DNA of 64,000 bases from a candidate division LCP-89 bacterium (GTDB lineage Bacteria > Electryoneota > B3-LCP). Below, piece after piece: positions 57,876 to 64,000 of this stretch. Position 1 is the first letter of the stretch. The number at the start of each line of letters is the position of its first letter. The position numbers and the translations under genes were made by a program. The stretch is from positions 382 to 64,381 of the forward strand of contig JALGVT010000005.1 of assembly GCA_025774555.1 (NCBI GenBank), written 5' to 3'. The notes beneath the pieces were generated by a model, which did not search any database, was not told where the DNA came from, and saw only the letters and a program-made list of their open reading frames with translations.

Positions 57876-58781
57876 TTATGAAAGTAGTATCTGCTCAATA
57901 GCTTTTGCTTTATCTTTTGCCAAACCATGCTCTAAAGCCAATGATAAGGCCTTCAAACTCAAGAGCTTGTATATTCTTGATAGCAAAGGATCAAATGATT
58001 GCAGCGCCGTGACATGTTCCTGCACCGTGGATATATCACCTCGCGAAACTGGTCCAGTAAGAGCTTCAAGCTCACCTCTGTCAAGGCAATTATTCAGCGA
58101 TGTTGTCATAAGCGGTGCTAACATCTTGCGGCTATCCACGTCAGACAGACCCGCCTGACGCATCAGTTCAACAGAGGCGTTCATCAATACTGGAATAAAA
58201 TTAGAGGCAAAAACAGCCGCAGAATGATAGAGTGTCTTGTCGCCTTCAGGAAGGTGAATGGGAATGCCTCCGATATCCTTCACAATTTTACCAAGAGTGT
58301 TTCGCAACTGCTCGGCGCCCTCCAGAACGAAATAAATATCCTTTAAGGGTGGGGGAGAGTGTGGCGAGAATGTTTGCAGTGGATGAAGCGACCCCACAGA
58401 TATTCCGCTTTGTTGTAAAGATTGTAATATTGATCCGGGAAACGCGCCGGAAGTATGAACACAGGATTTAATGTCAAGATTACTACTATAACTCGCTATC
58501 ATCCTATCGACTTCAGCGATCTGTGAGTCAGGAACAGCGATTATCAGAAGATCAATATCTACAGCAATTTCAGGAAAGGTGTGGGCACAGGTTTTCAGAT
58601 CAAGCCGCTTCGCCAATCCGATGGCTGCGGCATTATCGGAATCGATTAGGCAGGCAATGCTATACCCTGTTTTTAGAAGAGTATGTGCGAGCGCGCCTCC
58701 AACAGCTCCTGTTCCAACAAATCCGATTTCTTTAACTGGTAAAAAGCCTGTAGGGTTATCTGAATTATACTCCTGAGTCAG
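57876..58781 (-). CDS. NAD(P)-binding Rossmann-fold protein with DUF2520-like C-terminal domain (ProC/ketopantoate-reductase-like); start codon uncertain
   Basis: The frame is open for about 55 codons upstream of the ORF-track start (a TTG at 58616) and encodes a canonical dinucleotide-binding motif ..IGFVGTGAVGGALA... No in-frame ATG/GTG/TTG precedes that motif. A CTG at 58781 sits 6 nt after a GGAGG. Confidence 0.5.
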   Translation of the reverse strand: MTQEYNSDNPTGFLPVKEIGFVGTGAVGGALAHTLLKTGYSIACLIDSDNAAAIGLAKRLDLKTCAHTFPEIAVDIDLLIIAVPDSQIAEVDRMIASYSSNLDIKSCVHTSGAFPGSILQSLQQSGISVGSLHPLQTFSPHSPPPLKDIYFVLEGAEQLRNTLGKIVKDIGGIPIHLPEGDKTLYHSAAVFASNFIPVLMNASVELMRQAGLSDVDSRKMLAPLMTTSLNNCLDRGELEALTGPVSRGDISTVQEHVTALQSFDPLLSRIYKLLSLKALSLALEHGLAKDKAKAIEQILLS

Positions 58782-58802
58782 TAGATACCTCCGCTATAAG
58801 AT

Positions 58803-58831
58803 AAACCGGTTCGCTGATGGCGAACCGGTTT
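58803..58831 (-). terminator. Rho-independent terminator after the S8 peptidase gene
   Basis: AAACCGGTTCGC-TGATG-GCGAACCGGTTT: 12-bp stem, followed on the minus strand by ATCTTAT. Confidence 0.6.
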
Positions 58832-58858
58832 ATTATCTGAACGGCAAGCTCATCAGCG

Positions 58859-61525
58859 TTACTTCAAGATGACCATTTTTCGAGTCTCAGAGAAATTCTC
58901 TGATTCCAAACGGTAGATGTAAATTCCGCTTGCGAGTGATGCACCGTTGAAAGTTTGAGTGTAGCTGCCAGCAGGTAGATGAGTGTCCAGCAGGGAAGCC
59001 ACTTTTCTGCCTGAAAGATCGAAGACGGACAGTTTCACTATGCCCGATGAAGGCAGGCTGAAAGCGATCTCCGTCGTTGGATTGAACGGATTTGGATAGT
59101 TCTGTCCGAGGTTATAGTCTTCAGGCGCTCTTGTGCTTGATCCATGATCTGTAACCGGTACAAAATCAAACCAATTGAGGATGCTAGTAATGATCTCTTC
59201 TCGAGTAGTAGATCCAATCCCGGATACTGCTTCCAGACAGAACGGCAGGTACACCAGATCGCTGTTAGCGCCCGACCAACGTATTCCAGCGCCGTCACCA
59301 GAAGGAATGTACTCGAATATTAAACTTGCGTCATCAAGCGCGTCGATAGTTGCTGGTGACTGGCTGTTTTGAGCGCCGCCGGCGCCGAAAAGCAGCATGG
59401 TAAAACCGTTTGTGATTGGATCACCATCGATTCCGGTCACTTGAAGGCCCGTTGTTCCCGAGGTCGATGACGCGTGGAGGACGTCCGAATAGAATGAACT
59501 CCCCGCCATCTGTTCATCAATGTTTTCACCAATCAGTAGGAGCTGACCACCATTATTTAGGAAATCAGTTATCAGAGTCTCTTCACCAGCGCTGATGGGA
59601 TCATCAGCATTAGATGTGTGCCAGAAGACTATAGGGTAAAGAGCCAGTTCTGTATCTGTGATTGCTCCGTTCTCATAGACATCCCAGACGTCAGGCTGTA
59701 CTCCAAGAGCACGCAGGTCTTGATCGTACCAGGTGTGATAGGTTGACTCTTCATCGTCAGAAATAATGACGATGGGCGGACGACCGATCATCTGAACGAT
59801 CTCTTCAACCAGTGTGATGTCATAGACCGGTTCATGCATAGTAAGGGTAAATGTTACGTCATGTGCGTATGACAACGGATCAATAGTGAACTGAAGCGGA
59901 TCGCTGTGATTGTTCACTGTGGATGACTGTGGAATGTCACCGAGACTGTTTGTCCCGTTGATAATAGTAACGTCTGGATCATCACATTCGAGAGTGAGTT
60001 CGACACTGTTTGCGCCAACGGAAAGCGAAGCATTCTCCACAGTTACCAGCAGATCGACCGTCTCACCAGGGTCGGGGCGACCATCTCCATTTCCAGCGCT
60101 ATCATCAAAGGAATTATCGGAAATTGCAAGATTGGGGAACATGGAGGAGATGGCGGCTCCGGCATCAATTCTACCCCATCCGAGAAGACCAGCGTAACCG
60201 GGATTCAAATCGTCTATATTCACACAGGTGAAGTAGATTTGATATTCGACCGCCTCATTAGTCATCGTCGGATCGGCAGCCCAGATCATCAGAGCAAGTC
60301 CTGCCGCAATAGGTGTGGACATCGACGTCCCCTGAGTGCTCTGGTAAATGTTACCAACCATAGTGCTGAAGATATCGACACCGGGAGCGCATATATCAAT
60401 CATAGTGCCGTAATTGCTGAATCCTGCTTTATGATCGTTCTGGTCTGTGGCTGCTACATTGATGACGTCGTTATAGCAGGAAGGATAATGAATAGCGGAA
60501 TTGCCGTCGTTCCCCGCAGATCCAAAGAAGAGGACGCCGTCTAGATAGCCGTTGGTGATTATATTCTGTTCGTAGGCGGAATAACCTGGACCGCCATAAG
60601 ACATGGATATCACATTAGCGCCGTTTTCTATGCAGTAGCTGATGCCCTGCGTCCCTGCATAGATCAGTTCATTGCCCACACGAGCAGGCATGATTTTGGC
60701 TGAGCAGCCGAGGCTGGCAATACCCACAACATTATCCGTGACTGCATTGGCGTCTCCGGAGCAATGGGTTCCGTGTCCGCCGTCAGGAGGATCCTGGATA
60801 TTATTATTATTATACCAGAGGTTCCAACCCCAGAAATCATCCACGAAGGAGTTGTTATCATCATCGATGCCGTTCCATTCCATAGGTTCGATGATGCCGT
60901 TTCCGTTCAGATCTTCACCGGGATTGACCCACAGATTTGCCTTTAGGTCATCATGGAGAGTATCAACACCTGAATCCACAATGCCTATGATAAGATCGGA
61001 GCTGCCCAAAGTATAATCATAGGCGATTTCCGCTCCCACTTTCGACATTGCCCATTGTGTATTGAAGTAGGTGTCGCTGGGGATATAATCGGATTTCCGG
61101 ATAAGGTAAGGTTCGGCGGTTACGATCTCGGGGAGCTTTTCGTATTCACCAATAACCTCATGCAGATCAACCTCATAAGGAAATTCGAGGATATAATACC
61201 TTGAAATATCGGTCTTATAAGATTCAGCCGGTTTTTCTGACCAGGGGATTAACTTGGATATATTCATCACGTTGAACCTGGCTGCTAATGCGTCGAGTTT
61301 GTCATTCCCGAGAAGCGCCAATCCGTCTTTAGATTCCACATTAATGGTTCCAAGGTCGTCAGATAGGAAAACAACAATCCGTCCCTCCCATTCATAATTT
61401 TCCGTCATAGGGGGCGAAAAAACTGCAAACGCGCTCGATACCATGAGAACTGCAGTTATAATGCTAAGCAGCGGGAGATTGCGGGATATCATGATTATGC
61501 CTCTTTGAAAGTAATTCTGTAACAC
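58859..61525 (-). CDS. Subtilisin-like S8 serine peptidase with CARDB-like and flavodoxin-like modules and T9SS C-terminal domain (paralog of 43664-46333)
   Basis: Triad motifs IVDSGVD (Asp), GGHGTHCSG (His), GTSMSTP (Ser). CTD ..LGQNYPNPFNPTTEIAFSLP..VKLSVFDLSGRKVASL..GIYIYRL..MVILK. Confidence 0.85.
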   Translation of the reverse strand: MLQNYFQRGIIMISRNLPLLSIITAVLMVSSAFAVFSPPMTENYEWEGRIVVFLSDDLGTINVESKDGLALLGNDKLDALAARFNVMNISKLIPWSEKPAESYKTDISRYYILEFPYEVDLHEVIGEYEKLPEIVTAEPYLIRKSDYIPSDTYFNTQWAMSKVGAEIAYDYTLGSSDLIIGIVDSGVDTLHDDLKANLWVNPGEDLNGNGIIEPMEWNGIDDDNNSFVDDFWGWNLWYNNNNIQDPPDGGHGTHCSGDANAVTDNVVGIASLGCSAKIMPARVGNELIYAGTQGISYCIENGANVISMSYGGPGYSAYEQNIITNGYLDGVLFFGSAGNDGNSAIHYPSCYNDVINVAATDQNDHKAGFSNYGTMIDICAPGVDIFSTMVGNIYQSTQGTSMSTPIAAGLALMIWAADPTMTNEAVEYQIYFTCVNIDDLNPGYAGLLGWGRIDAGAAISSMFPNLAISDNSFDDSAGNGDGRPDPGETVDLLVTVENASLSVGANSVELTLECDDPDVTIINGTNSLGDIPQSSTVNNHSDPLQFTIDPLSYAHDVTFTLTMHEPVYDITLVEEIVQMIGRPPIVIISDDEESTYHTWYDQDLRALGVQPDVWDVYENGAITDTELALYPIVFWHTSNADDPISAGEETLITDFLNNGGQLLLIGENIDEQMAGSSFYSDVLHASSTSGTTGLQVTGIDGDPITNGFTMLLFGAGGAQNSQSPATIDALDDASLIFEYIPSGDGAGIRWSGANSDLVYLPFCLEAVSGIGSTTREEIITSILNWFDFVPVTDHGSSTRAPEDYNLGQNYPNPFNPTTEIAFSLPSSGIVKLSVFDLSGRKVASLLDTHLPAGSYTQTFNGASLASGIYIYRLESENFSETRKMVILK

Positions 61526-61770
61526 TCTAAATTGGGATTGAAATTATGTTGTATATGATGATTGAGTTGATCGGTCTGAAAGTTCTATTCCCTCACCTTA
61601 AATAATATAGAAAATAAAATGTTCGGTGTCAAGCGAAATTATTTGCACTTTACACAGTATCCGTTTTATTCCAACGCCTAACTTGGAATGATTTTGATTG
61701 ACATTCACCCCTTTTCAACGTACATTACATAGCTGATAACACATCGATAAAACAGCCACTAAATTTCACT

Positions 61771-62814
61771 TTGATGCCAAAAGAAATCGTAACAACGTTA
61801 ATCGTTATTTCCCTGATTCTGTTAATTATTTCGGGATTTATAACCAGTCAAACATATAACGCGCTATACGGTCTGAATGCGCATAACATAGAGAGTGATA
61901 CGCGAACTCTGCATATCGTTCCGGGTATGAGCCTCATGAAAGTGGCGGAGCTACTGCGGGAAACTAAAATCATCGACCGACAGGAAGATTTCATCTTTGC
62001 TGCGGAGTTCTTGAATTTCGATCACCGCATACAAGCAGGTGAATACGATCTTCCTTACGGCATATCCAACAGCTCTCTGCTGTCGATGATCGTTAATGCC
62101 GGCGGCGCAGCTTCACTGGTCACGATTCCTGAAGGATACACATCCAGGCAAATCGCCGGAATACTGCAAACTGAAATCGGAATAGATTCTACTTCTTTTA
62201 TGGAGGCAGTATATGATACCGTCCACATTAATAAATACGGATTATTGACTCCGTCATTTGAAGGATTTCTCTTTCCCGACAGTTATAACTTTCACAAAGG
62301 CATGAGCGCATCGCAGGTAATCGATCTGATGGTCAACCGTTTTTTTACCGTTTTTCATAAATGTGTTGACGCCAGTCCAGATGAAGTGAATCTCTCCTTC
62401 ACGGAGCTGGTTACACTCGCTTCTATTGTAGAAGGCGAAATGTCGCTCCTCCCAGAAGCTCCGAAAATATCGGCTATCTACCAGAACCGATTGCGGAAGA
62501 ACATGCGCTTACAAGCTGATCCGACAATTCAATACATTATAAAGAAAGGTCCAAGACGTCTTTACAACGGGGATCTTGCAATAGATTCGCCCTACAATAC
62601 GTACCTTTATTCAGGCTTGCCGCCGGGACCTGTCTGCAATCCGGGCAGGGCAGCATTAATGGCAGCGTTAAATCCTGCGCCAGATCCTTATCTCTATATG
62701 GTTTCAAAAGGTGATGGCAGCCATGCTTTTAATACAAAATTTAGTGATCATCTACGCGATAAAGCAAGATTGGACAGCCTCAGAATTGTTGTTTCACGAG
62801 AGAGGCGAAAATAA
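61771..62814 (+). CDS. mltG: Endolytic murein transglycosylase MltG (YceG family)
   Basis: N-terminal TM helix. YceG-family motifs ..LVTLASIVEGE.. and ..LQADPTIQY.., ..LPPGPVCNPG... Confidence 0.7.
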   Translation: MMPKEIVTTLIVISLILLIISGFITSQTYNALYGLNAHNIESDTRTLHIVPGMSLMKVAELLRETKIIDRQEDFIFAAEFLNFDHRIQAGEYDLPYGISNSSLLSMIVNAGGAASLVTIPEGYTSRQIAGILQTEIGIDSTSFMEAVYDTVHINKYGLLTPSFEGFLFPDSYNFHKGMSASQVIDLMVNRFFTVFHKCVDASPDEVNLSFTELVTLASIVEGEMSLLPEAPKISAIYQNRLRKNMRLQADPTIQYIIKKGPRRLYNGDLAIDSPYNTYLYSGLPPGPVCNPGRAALMAALNPAPDPYLYMVSKGDGSHAFNTKFSDHLRDKARLDSLRIVVSRERRK

Positions 62815-62823
62815 CGAACATTA

Positions 62824-64000
62824 ATGGACACTTTTTTAAATACAAAAGATCTTAATCCTGAACAGCTCAAAGCTGTAGAATCCTTTAACGGTCCCGTGCT
62901 TGTTCTTGCTGGAGCTGGCAGTGGGAAAACACGCGTTATAACGTATAGAATCGCCCTGCTGTTACTGGAGAATTATGCTAAACCGTGGCAGATATTAGCG
63001 GTAACATTTACCAACAAAGCCGCTTCGGAAATGCGTCAGCGAGTGAACAGTATGCTCGGGATGAAGAACTCAACCGACCTGTTCATTGGCACGTTTCACG
63101 CCTTTGGTGCGAAATTGCTAAGGAGGCACGCCGCCGAATTCGACAGAACTGGTAATTTTACAATTTACGATGACGACGATAAAACCAGACTGTTACGCAC
63201 AATTTTAAAACCAAAGGTGAGCAGCGCTGAAGTAAAGAGCTACTTAGCAGCAGTCAAGGGCTTTATAAACCGTGTAAAAGGCAGCCTCGGTGATCCTGAA
63301 ATCATCGCTAACACAGGCTTGAGCAGTAATTCAGACCTGCTGATTGAAATTTATCATCAATATAATAAGGCACTGCAGCAAAACAACGCCTTTGACTTTG
63401 ACGATCTCATCAATCTGCCCTGTCTGCTGTTCAGGGAAAATGCCAGAATTAAGAGTAAATACCGCGATCGCTTTCAATATCTGTTAATCGATGAGTTTCA
63501 GGATACCAATCTGCCACAGGGAGAGATAGTGCGGCTGTTGGGAGCGCCAACCGGCAATGTTATGGCAGTCGGAGACGATGATCAGTCCATTTACGGCTGG
63601 CGAGGAGCTCATCTGGGCAATATCCTACAATTTGACAAGGACTTTAAAGGAGTTAAGACTTTTAAGCTCGAGCAGAACTACCGTTCAACTCAGGCTATTT
63701 TAAACGTTGCTCATAGAGTTATTAAGAATAACGCGTCGAGGCATCCGAAAAAGCTTTGGACTAAACGTAAAGGCGGGGGCAAACCTGTCGTCATTCCAAC
63801 CAATGACGATCGCGAGGAAGCATCGACCGTAATTGAGACGATTCAAGAACTACATTCGAACGAGAATCACAATCTTGAAGACTTTGTTATCCTTTACAGA
63901 ACAAACGCACAATCGCGTACTTTTGAAGACATACTTCGACAGAATACTATTCCGTATATAATAGTAGGCGGATTACGTTTCTACGAGAGGAAAGAGGTAA
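62824..64000 (+). CDS. UvrD/PcrA/Rep-family ATP-dependent DNA helicase, truncated at the window edge
   Basis: ATG at 62824. Motif I ..VLVLAGAGSGKTRVITYRIA.., motif II ..LLIDEFQDTN.., ..AVGDDDQSIYGWRGA... The frame is open to the window end. Absent from the ORF track because it is incomplete. Confidence 0.8.
   Translation, partial: MDTFLNTKDLNPEQLKAVESFNGPVLVLAGAGSGKTRVITYRIALLLLENYAKPWQILAVTFTNKAASEMRQRVNSMLGMKNSTDLFIGTFHAFGAKLLRRHAAEFDRTGNFTIYDDDDKTRLLRTILKPKVSSAEVKSYLAAVKGFINRVKGSLGDPEIIANTGLSSNSDLLIEIYHQYNKALQQNNAFDFDDLINLPCLLFRENARIKSKYRDRFQYLLIDEFQDTNLPQGEIVRLLGAPTGNVMAVGDDDQSIYGWRGAHLGNILQFDKDFKGVKTFKLEQNYRSTQAILNVAHRVIKNNASRHPKKLWTKRKGGGKPVVIPTNDDREEASTVIETIQELHSNENHNLEDFVILYRTNAQSRTFEDILRQNTIPYIIVGGLRFYERKEV

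Noticed and set aside
1-64000. Search for CRISPR arrays, tRNA/rRNA genes, integrases or transposases, toxin-antitoxin pairs
   Set aside because: No arrays of short direct repeats with spacers were found. No tRNA-like GTTCGAATCC/T-loop signatures or rRNA-like segments. No ORF with DDE, tyrosine or serine recombinase motifs. The palindromic repeats lack any coding capacity.

Overview
This 64-kb window is a densely coding (about 90%) contig with about 42 protein genes and no rRNA, tRNA, CRISPR array or transposase. From gene content it probably comes from an uncultivated member of the Fibrobacteres-Chlorobi-Bacteroidetes (FCB) group. The evidence is a type IX secretion system (T9SS) signature: PorV, a PorX-type receiver-PglZ response regulator, a PorU-like gene, and at least six secreted proteins carrying the T9SS C-terminal sorting domain (CTD) '..YPNPFNP..', including two S8 subtilases and one C25 gingipain-like peptidase.

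Main blocks:
- 1-11953: an exopolysaccharide/envelope locus with a PHP phosphoesterase, two alkaline-phosphatase-superfamily (AlkP) enzymes, a GT4 glycosyltransferase, a Wzc-like tyrosine autokinase, T9SS cargo, and a GT39+TPR transferase.
- 12084-16298: a sensor-less sigma-54 activator followed by six small or acidic hypothetical genes, with sigma-54-like -24/-12 elements in between.
- 16305-17444: hemW.
- 17494-30502: a long minus-strand run folD - DUF1318 lipoprotein - giant 2811-aa secreted protein (TolB-like beta-propeller, TPR repeats, CHAT caspase-like protease domain) - FecR-domain protein - LPP20-like protein - TPR/SLH lipoprotein.
- 30704-36767: a QueG/RdhA-like Fe-S/B12 protein, hflK-hflC, a TPR protein, a Tat-signal DUF362 protein.
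- 36943-43628: porV with an upstream large CTD protein (PorU-like?) and a TonB-dependent receptor.
- 43664-52762 and 58859-61525: T9SS peptidases and cargo.
- 52917-58781: a DUF1847-like protein, panD, cdaA, tsaB, tsaE, porX, and a Rossmann/DUF2520 protein.
- 61771-64000: mltG and a partial UvrD-family helicase.

Non-coding signals are a family of about 140-bp palindromic MITE-like repeats at gene 3' ends, several rho-independent terminators, and a decayed CTD gene remnant.

Many start coordinates in the supplied ORF track are upstream extensions; corrected starts are given where a signal peptide or ribosome-binding site supports them.
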